58,693 nt of DNA from a virus. Location: IMG/VR virus record IMGVR_UViG_3300035698_012504, positions 1 through 58,693 of that record; one strand, given 5' to 3'. Below, piece by piece: positions 23,381 to 33,583 of this stretch (position 1 is the stretch's first letter; the number at the start of each line of letters is the position of its first letter). The position numbers were made by a program, and so were the translations under genes. The notes below the pieces were generated by a model. The model was given only the letters and a program-made list of their open reading frames with translations. It did not search any database and had not been told where the DNA came from.

Positions 23381-23781
23381 TGAGTAGTGGACCAAATCTA
23401 CATAAGATTATAAATGTCTTTACCCAAACGAAAGTTGATGGTAAAGAAGTGGAGTTTGAGAAAACTCCTATCGAACTTGTTAAGTTTGCAAAGGAGAACG
23501 ATGAATTATATAGATTTAAAAAAGATATATGGTTTTGTTGTTACCTCACCAAATATAACAAAGAACCGTCTGTAGTACTTCTATTTACTATGAAACTACC
23601 AGGATCCCTATCTGGATCTAGCAGTTCAAGTGAAATTGTTATGAACCTAGTACATATACTAGAAAACTTTCTAACCCCGATAGATGAATTTCATTTTGAA
23701 AGGAGCATAGATGAGAACAAAAAAGAAAATATTGCTATTTTAAGAATTACTAAGATAATAAGAGAAGATAATATAATTTAA
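23380..23781 (+). CDS. hypothetical protein (133 aa)
   Basis: TAATG overlap with the primase gene. Confidence 0.7.
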   Translation: MSSGPNLHKIINVFTQTKVDGKEVEFEKTPIELVKFAKENDELYRFKKDIWFCCYLTKYNKEPSVVLLFTMKLPGSLSGSSSSSEIVMNLVHILENFLTPIDEFHFERSIDENKKENIAILRITKIIREDNII

Positions 23782-23792
23782 TAGGTAATATA

Positions 23793-24305
23793 ATGGAAAC
23801 AAAAAATATTAATGGCAATCAAACTCCGAACGGTTGGACAGAATGGGGCAAGTATGTTCTCAAAACACTTGAGAGTATTACTAATAGATTAGATGATCTG
23901 CAAAAGGAATTGCAGGAGAATAGACTTGAACTAAATGATTATGGACATAAAGTAAAAGAAGAGATTAAAAAAGAAGTAGAAGGTTTTTATAAGAATTGTG
24001 ATTTAAAATGTGGCGGACTCTCAAAAGATATATTATCAATCACATCAACTGTTACTGAGAAAATAGCAGGAGATATTGAAAAATCAAATATGGTTTTTGA
24101 AGAAAAGATTAATATTACATCTAAAAAAATAGATAAATTTATTGCAGAAACTAATACTTTAGACGACAAGGTCGCTGCCGTCGATAAAGAAGTCACAATA
24201 TTAAAAGTTAAAGCTGGATTTATAGGAGGAATTGCTGCGCTTATAACCTCTGCTTTGGTATCTATTGTGCTCATGCTTTTAAAAGGATACTTCTTTGGAG
24301 GTTAA
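23793..24305 (+). CDS. coiled-coil protein with a C-terminal transmembrane anchor (170 aa)
   Basis: Heptad-rich centre. C-terminus GFIGGIAALITSALVSIVLMLL. Confidence 0.7.
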   Translation: METKNINGNQTPNGWTEWGKYVLKTLESITNRLDDLQKELQENRLELNDYGHKVKEEIKKEVEGFYKNCDLKCGGLSKDILSITSTVTEKIAGDIEKSNMVFEEKINITSKKIDKFIAETNTLDDKVAAVDKEVTILKVKAGFIGGIAALITSALVSIVLMLLKGYFFGG

Positions 24306-24308
24306 TAT

Positions 24309-24476
24309 ATGCTTACCAAAGCCGACACCACCCGAAGTATGATTAAAGATAGGATTGAATTCTTAGTCTCAGGAGAAACTAAGATTGTTAGTATTAGAGA
24401 TACTGTCGCAGGAATAATAGATACTGTAAAAATATTTAACGATTCAGATTTTTTAAAAAATTTATCAGACGAATAA
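24309..24476 (+). CDS. small hypothetical protein (55 aa; below the ORF-track cutoff)
   Basis: ATG 24309 lies 3 nt after the upstream stop. The open frame fills the gap. Confidence 0.4.
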   Translation: MLTKADTTRSMIKDRIEFLVSGETKIVSIRDTVAGIIDTVKIFNDSDFLKNLSDE

Positions 24477-24499
24477 TAAATATTTGGGAGGGTGACACC

Positions 24500-24640
24500 G
24501 TGAAAGATTTTGAGTGTTCGTCTTGTGGTTGGTGGGATATAGCTATGAAATATTCTCCCACTGTTATTAAATGTACCAAATGTGGATGTGTACTCCTAAA
24601 AAAGAAATTACAATATGTAGTTAAAATAAAGTGGCATTAA
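24500..24640 (+). CDS. small zinc-ribbon protein (46 aa; below the ORF-track cutoff)
   Basis: GTG start 7 nt after GGGAGGG. CSSC...CTKCGC motif. Confidence 0.5.
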   Translation: MKDFECSSCGWWDIAMKYSPTVIKCTKCGCVLLKKKLQYVVKIKWH

Positions 24641-24653
24641 AAAGGAAGATAGT

Positions 24654-26315
24654 ATGACGTATAAACCATCATTTAGAAAATACAAAGCCCTTAAAGTTAA
24701 AAAACCAAAAAGAAATATTAGGGCCACTGATAAGCGAGGGCAAGTAACTATAAAAGGAAAATCTATATCAATTACTGAAGTTGAGAAGCTACATCAAAAT
24801 AAAAAGGTAAGGAAACCTAAAACTATATATAGAAATAGAACAAGATCTGATGAACACAGACATTATCCATTAAATATAGTGGTTGTTGCATATAATGAAT
24901 TAGAATATACTATGAAATGTGTAGAATCTATCAGAAAGAATACAAAAGGATCATATGCCCTCTATTTAGTAGACAATGGGTCAGATGATAAAACATATAA
25001 ATACTTTAGGACTGTTAAAAATGCAAATATTATAAGGATTGATAAGAATCGGGGATATGCATATGGATGCAATGAAGCATTGCGTAAGATATTTCGTGGT
25101 GATGTGATTATATTAAATAGCAATATAATTGTTCCAAAAAATTGGACCACCCACCTTTTAAATGTTTTAAATTCTAATGAAAATATAGGTATGGTTGGTC
25201 CAGTGTCCAATGATATTAAAGGGGCACAGAATATAAATGTAGATATTAATTGTTCGCCTCAGGAGATTAATAAATTATCTGATAAGATTCAGATGAGTGC
25301 AGGAACTGCCAAAATTAAAGTAGATAATATTTGTGGACATTGTGTTGTTATACGTGGAGATGTATTTAAACAAATTGGATTATTTGATCCCGTATTTGTA
25401 TGTGATACCTTCGGAAATAATGATTACTGTAAGAGAGTAAAACTAATGGGGAAAGAGATAGTAATTTCAAAGGGATCGTTTGTTTACCATTGCACCAACG
25501 AATCACCTATTAGTATTGATGAAAAAGAATATACAAAACGGTTCGAATTTAACACAGGATTAACTCAAAAGAAATGGAATAATAAAGGAGTTGATCTTGA
25601 TAGTACGTTAATATTAGATATGGATGAATACGAGGACCTTGTATCTATTATAACACCATGCTTCAATAGTCATAACTTTATAGAAGCATGTGTAAATTCT
25701 GTCCTTACCCAAACTCATAAAAATATTGAAATGATAATAGTTGATGATGGATCTAATGCAGAGACAAAAAGAAAACTAAAGATGTGTGTTGATAAAAGCG
25801 AGCGTATTAAGTTAATAACTAATCCTATAAATAAGGGGAGATCGTTCTCTAGGAATAGAGCTATAGAAAATGCTAAAGGAAAATATATCCTCCCTCTTGA
25901 TTCTGATGATCTTATACATAGACAGTGTGTTGCAATATTAGTGAAGCATATGAAAGAAAATGATGATGCGAAAATTTGTTATCCTTTAACAAAGGAATTT
26001 GGAAATTGTAATAAAATATGGTTTTATCCTTATAGAAAAGATTTACTAGTTCAACAAAATTTATTACCATGCACCTCTATGTTCTTAAAGGATGCTTGGA
26101 TAAACTGTGGTGGGTATGATATAAGGGTGGATGGATACGAAGACTGGGACTTTTGGTTGAGAATGTATGATAGTAATACAAGGGCAATTGGTGTACCAGA
26201 ACCAATATTTTTTTATAGAAAACACAATACTAATTCTGCCAATGGTATAGATAGAAAACATGGGCACGATATAGTAACCAAAATTAAATCATTCCACCCT
26301 AAATTATTTGGATAG
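24654..26315 (+). CDS. bifunctional glycosyltransferase with two GT2 domains and a ~70-aa Lys/Arg-rich N-terminal extension
   Basis: Domain 1: VVVAYNE..LVDNGSDD...NRGYAYGCN. Domain 2: IITPCFN..IIVDDGS...LDSDD...YEDWDFW. Confidence 0.8.
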   Translation: MTYKPSFRKYKALKVKKPKRNIRATDKRGQVTIKGKSISITEVEKLHQNKKVRKPKTIYRNRTRSDEHRHYPLNIVVVAYNELEYTMKCVESIRKNTKGSYALYLVDNGSDDKTYKYFRTVKNANIIRIDKNRGYAYGCNEALRKIFRGDVIILNSNIIVPKNWTTHLLNVLNSNENIGMVGPVSNDIKGAQNINVDINCSPQEINKLSDKIQMSAGTAKIKVDNICGHCVVIRGDVFKQIGLFDPVFVCDTFGNNDYCKRVKLMGKEIVISKGSFVYHCTNESPISIDEKEYTKRFEFNTGLTQKKWNNKGVDLDSTLILDMDEYEDLVSIITPCFNSHNFIEACVNSVLTQTHKNIEMIIVDDGSNAETKRKLKMCVDKSERIKLITNPINKGRSFSRNRAIENAKGKYILPLDSDDLIHRQCVAILVKHMKENDDAKICYPLTKEFGNCNKIWFYPYRKDLLVQQNLLPCTSMFLKDAWINCGGYDIRVDGYEDWDFWLRMYDSNTRAIGVPEPIFFYRKHNTNSANGIDRKHGHDIVTKIKSFHPKLFG

Positions 26316-26319
26316 TAAA

Positions 26320-27300
26320 ATGAAAATTTTATTCTGTACATATGAAATGTCTGATTATGGATTAGATCTATTATATGATGGATTGTGTAAATTATTAGGA
26401 CCTGATAAAATATTCGAGTATCCAGTAAAACCATATTATCATGGCACAAGAGACGGAAGGTTTGCAAGATACCCTCAGTTTTTCAAATACCCATTAAAAC
26501 ATTCAAATGCTGATATAGATCGTAAACTAAGAAGAGATTTTTTCGATGTTATATTAGTAGGGTGTAGATCAAAAAATGATTTCACATATCCCGATGCGGT
26601 TAATGTAAATCATGAATATGTAATGATCAAAGAATTAATAAAACTGAAGTCAAAAAAGATACCTACTTTCTTAGTAGATCAAGATGACTTCCCACCAATT
26701 AATAACACTCTCTTTAAAAAAGAGATACCTAATTCTCTTGCTTATTTTAAGCGAGAGTATAGAAAGGATGTACACCATCCTAATAACATACACCCCCTCC
26801 CATTTTCTTTTTCTACAGATTTTATGCCAAACAGTAGATCTAAAATAAAAAATAGGATTTTGTTCTGGGCAGGGGATATAAATACAGATCATAGACGACA
26901 ATATATTGAGAGAATGAAACAAGAACTCAAGTTAGATTACAATAAGAAGTTTCCCCCTAATGAGTTCCATTCAATTTTAAGTAAATCTAGAATGGCTTTA
27001 AATCTTTTTGGATTTGGAAACGATACTGTTAGATATTATGAGATACCAGTATATGGTGCTATGTTATTCTCTATGAAATCAAACAACTTAATTCAACATG
27101 ATTTTATTAACAATAAATCTGCTATTCTTTTTTCGTCCCCTCAAGAAATGGTGGATAAATTTAAATTTTATAGGAAGAAGCATCTTCTTATAGAGAAGAT
27201 ATCAACTGAAGGGTTTAAACATGTTAGAAGATATCATAATAGTAAAACAAGGGCTGAACAGTTTATGAAAATAGTTAGGAATTATAATGGAAAGAAATAA
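26320..27300 (+). CDS. CgeB-like / GT-B-type glycosyltransferase (putative)
   Basis: The C-terminal RYYEIPVYGAMLFS pattern resembles the CgeB/Glyco_trans_1_2 family. ATG 26320 preferred to TTG 26308. Confidence 0.4.
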   Translation: MKILFCTYEMSDYGLDLLYDGLCKLLGPDKIFEYPVKPYYHGTRDGRFARYPQFFKYPLKHSNADIDRKLRRDFFDVILVGCRSKNDFTYPDAVNVNHEYVMIKELIKLKSKKIPTFLVDQDDFPPINNTLFKKEIPNSLAYFKREYRKDVHHPNNIHPLPFSFSTDFMPNSRSKIKNRILFWAGDINTDHRRQYIERMKQELKLDYNKKFPPNEFHSILSKSRMALNLFGFGNDTVRYYEIPVYGAMLFSMKSNNLIQHDFINNKSAILFSSPQEMVDKFKFYRKKHLLIEKISTEGFKHVRRYHNSKTRAEQFMKIVRNYNGKK

Positions 27301-28108
27301 AATATCAGTAGTTATACCTTGTTATAATTATGGGAGATTTATTGTTAGGTGTGTTAACTCAGTATTAATGCAGACATATAAAAATTATGAAATTATTATC
27401 GTGGATGATTACTCAGATGAGAAAACACGAACACTAATAAAACAACAAAGAGCTAAGAACAAAAAAATAATAAAAACTATTTTTAATTCTAAAAATTTAG
27501 GAACAGCTACATCTAGAAATAAAGGAATTGAACGAGCATCTGGTGATTATATTTTGCTATTAGATGCAGATGATTACCTTCTTACAAGATGCTTAGAAAA
27601 ATTAATAGTTGCTCATAAAAAGTATGAAGAAGACATAATATACTCTAAAAATATTAGATTATCTGCTACAGGTACTAGAACTGGTGTGGAGGGACAAAGC
27701 TATTCAATTGAGAGATTAAAAAATTATGAATGTGTTATGTTCGTAACATCATTATTTAAGAAAGAGCATTGGAACGAGGTCGGTAGATTTGATACATCTA
27801 TGGTAGCATGTGAAGATTGGGAATTCTGGATTAATATGGCGAAACATAGTCATTATGGTAAGTTGATAGACGATATACTATGGTGTAGAACAGATCATAA
27901 AACTTCTAAATTTGAAACAACTGATTCACATCGTATGGATGAGGTAGTAAGACAACTCAGAGAAAAACATCATCCTGGTTTTTTAAATGAGCAACGAAAT
28001 TGGAAAAAGAAAAATAGAAGAACTATAAGTACACCTATCAATAAACAACGAAGTTTATTGATCAAAAAATATGAAATAACTTCTAGAAATAAAGAAAGGG
28101 TAAAATAG
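27287..28108 (+). CDS. GT2 family glycosyltransferase
   Basis: VVIPCYN..IIIVDDYSDE...LLDADDYL...CEDWEFW. Confidence 0.8.
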   Translation: MERNKISVVIPCYNYGRFIVRCVNSVLMQTYKNYEIIIVDDYSDEKTRTLIKQQRAKNKKIIKTIFNSKNLGTATSRNKGIERASGDYILLLDADDYLLTRCLEKLIVAHKKYEEDIIYSKNIRLSATGTRTGVEGQSYSIERLKNYECVMFVTSLFKKEHWNEVGRFDTSMVACEDWEFWINMAKHSHYGKLIDDILWCRTDHKTSKFETTDSHRMDEVVRQLREKHHPGFLNEQRNWKKKNRRTISTPINKQRSLLIKKYEITSRNKERVK

Positions 28109-28962
28109 TGTTTGATAAAAAATATTCATCTTTGAAAAAAAGACATCTACAATTAAGAGAACATCTTGGAATAAGAACAGGAGTAGTTAAAAAAATAGAG
28201 AAAAACTCAACTAATACAGTAGGTATTATTATTCCTGCATTTAATCAATTAGCTTATTGTAAGAAATGTATTAACTCTGTGATTCACAATACTAAACAAT
28301 CATATAAATTAATTTTGGTAAATAATGGGTCTACCGATGGGATAGCACATTATTTTGATACAATAGAAGATGCAGAGGTAATACATTCATCTAAGAATCT
28401 AGGGTTTCCTGCAGGAGTTAACCTAGGTATAAAAAGACATCTTGCTCTAGGCTTAGGGCACTGTGTATTATTAAATACTGATACAGTTGTAACTCCTGGA
28501 TGGCTGAAGCGGTTAACTAGCTACTTCCCTTCTGATCCAAAGTTAGGAATGATTGGCCCTAGAACAAATTGTGCTGGATCAAAGCAACAATTACATGGTA
28601 TTGGGGAGTTAAACAAACCTAAAGAAATTAATGATTTTGGAAAACAATTAAGATTAAATCATGCTGGGCAATTAGAAGATATAAATGTTCTTATAGGATT
28701 TTGTGTAGTAATAAGAAAAAATGTATTGAGAGAAGTTGGACTACTTGATGAAAGATTTGGGTTAGGTAACTGTGATGATGACGATTATTGTAAAAGAGTA
28801 AAGATGGCAGGATATGACCTCAAAATGGCTAAGGATGTATATGTTCATCATTATGGAAGTAAAACATTTCAAGCAATGAAAGTAGATCGTGGGACTTTGA
28901 TTAAAGAAAATAGAAAGAAATTTCAAGAGAAGTGGAAAAAAGGAATGAAGAATGAAAAATAG
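28108..28962 (+). CDS. GT2 family glycosyltransferase (rhamnosyltransferase-like)
   Basis: IIIPAFNQ..LVNNGSTDG...NLGFPAGVN..LLNTDTVV...DDDDYC. GTG start overlaps the upstream TAG. Confidence 0.75.
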   Translation: MFDKKYSSLKKRHLQLREHLGIRTGVVKKIEKNSTNTVGIIIPAFNQLAYCKKCINSVIHNTKQSYKLILVNNGSTDGIAHYFDTIEDAEVIHSSKNLGFPAGVNLGIKRHLALGLGHCVLLNTDTVVTPGWLKRLTSYFPSDPKLGMIGPRTNCAGSKQQLHGIGELNKPKEINDFGKQLRLNHAGQLEDINVLIGFCVVIRKNVLREVGLLDERFGLGNCDDDDYCKRVKMAGYDLKMAKDVYVHHYGSKTFQAMKVDRGTLIKENRKKFQEKWKKGMKNEK

Positions 28963-29773
28963 AGCAATAGTAACTGTTACAGGAGGCGAGCCGTCATATA
29001 ATGAGTTAGCAACAATAACCCATTTTTTCATGAAACTTTATGCTAAAAAAGTTAATGCTGATTTTATTGTTTGGAATAATGTAGAGCAGCATAAATTTCC
29101 TCATTATAAAAAATTATTTATAGGGGATTTATTAGAACATTATAATCGGGTATTATATTTAGATACAGATATACTAGTTAAACTAGATTCGCCAGATATA
29201 TTTAATATAGTTCCCCCAGAAAAATTGGGGATGTATAATGAAGGTAGAGAATATAACGATCTTATCTCACAAAAAAGAATAGGGTCCTTTACGCAAGAAT
29301 ACAATAAAGTATTACTGGCGCATGGATTCCCTCCTGCAGACATTAGTAATTGGAGTGGAAAAAGTGAATTTAATACTGGGGTAATCGTTGCATCAAAAAA
29401 ACACATAACTTTATTTAGAGCACCCCTTAAAGAAATGATGGTTAAGGGTCTAAGAGATCAATCATATATTAACATGCGAGTAATATCTAGGAAGGTTCCT
29501 ATGATGGATATAGGGATCGATTTTAATTGTAAGTTCAATCATAAGAAGCCTGCTGAAAAGGCACACTTTATACATTTTATACATGTTATTGGGTATAAAG
29601 CAAGACAAGAAGAATTAGAGAAATTTGTTAAGGTCCAATATGGGGAAAAAAGGGTCCGCGAAATATACTGTGGAAAAATCGGTCAACCCCTAAAGGAAAT
29701 CGCTCCACCAAAAGAAGAAGAAGAGAAAAATATAGAAGAAGGAAATTCATCGGAAGAAAAAGATAATGAATAA
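28952..29773 (+). CDS. nucleotide-diphospho-sugar transferase, GT8-like (putative), with an acidic C-terminal tail
   Basis: VLYLDTDILV DxD motif in a GT-A-like context. Confidence 0.4.
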   Translation: MKNRAIVTVTGGEPSYNELATITHFFMKLYAKKVNADFIVWNNVEQHKFPHYKKLFIGDLLEHYNRVLYLDTDILVKLDSPDIFNIVPPEKLGMYNEGREYNDLISQKRIGSFTQEYNKVLLAHGFPPADISNWSGKSEFNTGVIVASKKHITLFRAPLKEMMVKGLRDQSYINMRVISRKVPMMDIGIDFNCKFNHKKPAEKAHFIHFIHVIGYKARQEELEKFVKVQYGEKRVREIYCGKIGQPLKEIAPPKEEEEKNIEEGNSSEEKDNE

Positions 29774-30293
29774 ACTTTTTTGTATTGGGCTCTCTAGAAC
29801 AGGAACAACCAGTATTCATAAAGCTTTAAATATATTAGGAATAAATAGCTTTCATTTTCCTACTAACAATAGGCAAATAAAATCTCATAAAGCATTATCA
29901 GATATTACAATTTCATATAGATTTGAACAGTTAGATAAAAAATATCCAAATTCTAAGTTTATATTTACGACAAGGGATATAGAAGGTTGGTTAAAATCAT
30001 GTAAATATCACTTCGAAGTAAGATCAAGTATGTCTAATATAAAATCTGGAAAATGGAAAAAAATATTATCAAAAGCAAGGAAGGATATGTATGGGATAGA
30101 TTTTTATAATGAAAAAGTTTGGAGAGATGTATGTATCAGGCATACTGATTATGTTAAAGAATATTTTAAAAATAGAGGCGATGATTTATTAATTATAGAT
30201 ATATGCTCTGGTGAAGGATGGAAAAAAATCTGCCCATTTTTGAATTGTAGCATACCAAATAAGGAGTTTCCGCATGCCTTCAGAACAAAATAA
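29766..30293 (+). CDS. sulfotransferase-family protein (Sulfotransfer_4-like)
   Basis: N-terminal PAPS-loop-like IGLSRTGTTSIHKALNILG. Paralogue at 33584. Confidence 0.55.
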   Translation: MNKLFCIGLSRTGTTSIHKALNILGINSFHFPTNNRQIKSHKALSDITISYRFEQLDKKYPNSKFIFTTRDIEGWLKSCKYHFEVRSSMSNIKSGKWKKILSKARKDMYGIDFYNEKVWRDVCIRHTDYVKEYFKNRGDDLLIIDICSGEGWKKICPFLNCSIPNKEFPHAFRTK

Positions 30294-31056
30294 GAATTTT
30301 GCTATAATCTTTCCCGGAAGGACAGGATGCACGTTTACTATGCACTCTATAAATAAAAATAAAAATGTATCTATTCTATTAGAACCATTGCCAAATAATG
30401 CTAGAGAAATAATAGAGCAATATAATAAGGAATCAAATACTGATTACAAGTTGATAAACATTAAGCGTGCTGTGGAGAGCAACACCGTACCATATGGTAT
30501 GTCTCTTCTTATGAAACTAATAGCCAAGAGTCAAGAAAATATACTGAGAGATTTCTACTCTAGAAAAAGACCCACGACCGAAGTATGTGGAACAAACATT
30601 CAACTAGCAGATGTAATGGACCATGATAAATTTATAAAAATGATGCAAGAATATAATGTACAAATTATAGTATATACTCGTCAAAATATTATTAAACATT
30701 ATGTATCGTGGAGAAATCTTAGAATAAGAATAAAACACGGAAACAAACAAGTTGAACCATATACTGTGGATATAGATCACTTAAAATTATACTTAGCTAA
30801 AGAAAACGTTAATGATAAACATGTTAACTTTGTTAAAAAAATAGGTAACCCGTATATGGTTACTAGTTACGAAGAATTTTTAGAGAACAAGAAAAGAAAT
30901 ATACGAAATATATGTAATTTTGTAGGATTTAAACACTGTGGCGAACTATCTAAAATGACAAAGAAAACTAATGATGATTTAAAAAAATCAATTAAAAATT
31001 ACGAAGAAGTTGCACAAGTATTAAAAAATACTAAATTTGAATGGATGCTAAAATAG
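30274..31056 (+). CDS. sulfotransferase-like protein (Stf0-like, putative)
   Basis: IIFPGRTGCTF P-loop-like motif near the N-terminus. Size is consistent. Confidence 0.35.
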   Translation: MPSEQNKNFAIIFPGRTGCTFTMHSINKNKNVSILLEPLPNNAREIIEQYNKESNTDYKLINIKRAVESNTVPYGMSLLMKLIAKSQENILRDFYSRKRPTTEVCGTNIQLADVMDHDKFIKMMQEYNVQIIVYTRQNIIKHYVSWRNLRIRIKHGNKQVEPYTVDIDHLKLYLAKENVNDKHVNFVKKIGNPYMVTSYEEFLENKKRNIRNICNFVGFKHCGELSKMTKKTNDDLKKSIKNYEEVAQVLKNTKFEWMLK

Positions 31057-31082
31057 AAAGGCTAGGGATAGAGAAATATTAA

Positions 31083-31970
31083 ATGAATATAGAAAAACAT
31101 TTGAGTGAACATACAAAAATAATGTTTGGACCATTCTTTGGAGAGTTTGGATGGGAAGTACTAAAATGGGCACCATTTATAAAATGGTATCGTAATAAGT
31201 ACCAATCTAAAAAAATAGCAGTTTCCACTAGAGGAGACCGATTTGACTTATATTATAATTCAGCTGATTTTATCCACACATTCAAGATAAAAGGAGACTA
31301 TAAACGATTCAAACCCACTGGAGTCGAATGTAATTTACCAGGTGAGATAAGAAAAAATATTATGAATGATATAAGAAATAAATATCCAAATTGGTATATA
31401 TTTAATCCATCATGGAGTATTTCCCCAGGTAAGTCTATCAATAAACATAATTCATTATATCATTTCGAACCTAGGCCATCGAACTCTAAAAAAATATTGG
31501 ATAGACTAGATGGTAAAATTCCAATAGTTATTAGCTCAAGACATAGACTAGATAATAATCTTCGCAATTGGGGAAGGAAGCGTTGGATAAATCTTTTTAG
31601 ATTAATCGAAAAAGAAGACAAGTATGTAGTTTTTGTGGCCGGTAAATCTCCATCATACATCAAATCTTCAAATAATAATTTTTACAACCTAGAAAGTCTT
31701 GTGGATGAACAAACATCAGAGGTAGGATTATCTATAGCAGCAATCAACGCATCTCGACTTGTAGTGTCCTCCCAATCAGGAATAGTATTATTGACAAATA
31801 TATTAAAGACCCCTATTATATTTTGGGGGGATCAAATAAGGAGACATAGTTGTAAGGATAATCCTCTAAATAATAATGTAATTGGAATAGAAGATCTAAA
31901 CTATAATATTCGTCCGAAGGTAATATTAGAAGAGATCTCTAAGTTTTTTAAGGAGTTAACACATGAATAA
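31083..31970 (+). CDS. hypothetical protein in the glycan island (possible glycosyltransferase)
   Basis: Long ORF. The function guess rests on context alone. Confidence 0.3.
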   Translation: MNIEKHLSEHTKIMFGPFFGEFGWEVLKWAPFIKWYRNKYQSKKIAVSTRGDRFDLYYNSADFIHTFKIKGDYKRFKPTGVECNLPGEIRKNIMNDIRNKYPNWYIFNPSWSISPGKSINKHNSLYHFEPRPSNSKKILDRLDGKIPIVISSRHRLDNNLRNWGRKRWINLFRLIEKEDKYVVFVAGKSPSYIKSSNNNFYNLESLVDEQTSEVGLSIAAINASRLVVSSQSGIVLLTNILKTPIIFWGDQIRRHSCKDNPLNNNVIGIEDLNYNIRPKVILEEISKFFKELTHE

Positions 31971-32628
31971 TTTTTCAGTAGTTTCTGTGCCAAGAAGTGG
32001 TTCCCATTTCTTGGCAAAAATGTTAAATAAAAGTCCAAGTTGGACAGTTATCCCAGAGCACGACGATGACTTCGGAAGAGAGATCGGAAAGGGATTTTCT
32101 AAAAAAGAGAAATGGCTTAGAAGGATAAATAAAAGGCTTCAACAAGACTTTTATGGGGAAGTGTCTCCACAACATATATTTCATCTTGATGAAATTAATG
32201 CAAATAAAAAAGTATGTTTGTACCGACACCCATATGATTTTATGCTGTCTACTTTCAATAGAAAAAACCAATATATTACTCAGTTCCCAATGGCATATGG
32301 CCTCTGGTATATCCCATTCTATTTTACAATAGATAGATATATTAGAGAAGGTATATACTCTATGAAATTTGAGAAGATGATTAATAATAAAAAAGTTATA
32401 TTAAATTTGTGTGATTATTTAGGAATAAATGATATCGATTCAGATAAAATTAATATGAATAAAAAAATAAACAGTTCGGAGTCTCATAATCAAAAAAAAC
32501 AGTGGAAATCCTTATCAATGTTAACCCCGATTCAATTTGAAAAATTAAAAGCTATGGATTGGTTTTGTAAGAAGTATTACGGAGACACAATGCAAAAACA
32601 CCATAATAAAAGATTAGAAGTTGAGTAA
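31963..32628 (+). CDS. sulfotransferase-like protein
   Basis: VVSVPRSGSHFLAKML resembles the 5'-PSB loop (P[KR]SG[ST]). Confidence 0.45.
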   Translation: MNNFSVVSVPRSGSHFLAKMLNKSPSWTVIPEHDDDFGREIGKGFSKKEKWLRRINKRLQQDFYGEVSPQHIFHLDEINANKKVCLYRHPYDFMLSTFNRKNQYITQFPMAYGLWYIPFYFTIDRYIREGIYSMKFEKMINNKKVILNLCDYLGINDIDSDKINMNKKINSSESHNQKKQWKSLSMLTPIQFEKLKAMDWFCKKYYGDTMQKHHNKRLEVE

Positions 32629-32629
32629 T

Positions 32630-33085
32630 ATGTTAGATGTAAATATGAAAGATCTTGTAGAAAAAGTAAAGGATGCGTTGTATCGTACCCATTTTGTTTT
32701 TGGACCTTCTGATAAAAGATTACATATTGGTAAAAATGTAAAGGTTTGGAATACTCTTTTCAATGTAGTATCTGGGCATGTTTATATAGGAAATAATTCA
32801 TTTTTTGGACATAATTGTATGGTTCTTACTGGTAGACATAAATGGGTTGATGGTAAACGTGCAAGATTATCTGGTAAAGATGAAATTCCTAAAAAAGGAT
32901 TTGATATAAATATAGGTAAAGGGTGTTGGATTGCATCAGGCGCTATAATTTTAGGAGGGGTTAGTATTGGAGACCACTCAATTGTAGCAGCAGGTTCAGT
33001 AGTTACTAAGGATGTCCCATCCGGAATGGTTGTGGCTGGAAACCCCGCTAGAATTATAAAATCAGTAAATGAGTTGAGTGTATAA
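32630..33085 (+). CDS. hexapeptide-repeat (left-handed beta-helix) acyltransferase
   Basis: IGKGCWIASGAIILGGVSIGDHSIVAAGSVVTKDVPSGMVVAGNPARIIK. Confidence 0.75.
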   Translation: MLDVNMKDLVEKVKDALYRTHFVFGPSDKRLHIGKNVKVWNTLFNVVSGHVYIGNNSFFGHNCMVLTGRHKWVDGKRARLSGKDEIPKKGFDINIGKGCWIASGAIILGGVSIGDHSIVAAGSVVTKDVPSGMVVAGNPARIIKSVNELSV

Positions 33086-33087
33086 AT

Positions 33088-33573
33088 ATGATAAAATTAA
33101 ATGTTGGTTGCGGCACAGATATAAAGGAAGGGTATGTTAATATTGATGTTCGTAAAACTCATCCAAGTGTTAAAATAGCAGATGTATGTAAATTACCATA
33201 TAAAAATGGTACTGTAGATGAGATAGTTGCAAAAGATGTGTTTGAACATATATCGTTTCATGACACTCAGAAGCTTTTGAAACATTGGGTTTCTAAATTG
33301 AAGAAAGGGGGAAAATTATTCATTAAATGTCCTTCGATTAATATGATTGCAAAAACGATTATAAAGAACAATAATAACCTAGAAGAAATGGAGGATATGA
33401 TAAGAAGAATTTTTGGTGGTCAAAATTACCCAGAAAACACTCATTTGACAATAGGCCATCCAAAGTTAATGAGAAAATATTTGAAGGGTTTGGGCATTAA
33501 ACATAAAAACATTAAAATACAAAATGGTGGATTCGGAAACGGTACTAATATGAAAGTTTGGGTTGTAAAATAA
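33088..33573 (+). CDS. class I SAM-dependent methyltransferase
   Basis: LNVGCG motif I, then VDEIVAKDVFEHI and GGKLFI. Confidence 0.7.
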   Translation: MIKLNVGCGTDIKEGYVNIDVRKTHPSVKIADVCKLPYKNGTVDEIVAKDVFEHISFHDTQKLLKHWVSKLKKGGKLFIKCPSINMIAKTIIKNNNNLEEMEDMIRRIFGGQNYPENTHLTIGHPKLMRKYLKGLGIKHKNIKIQNGGFGNGTNMKVWVVK

Positions 33574-33583
33574 GGATATAGTT

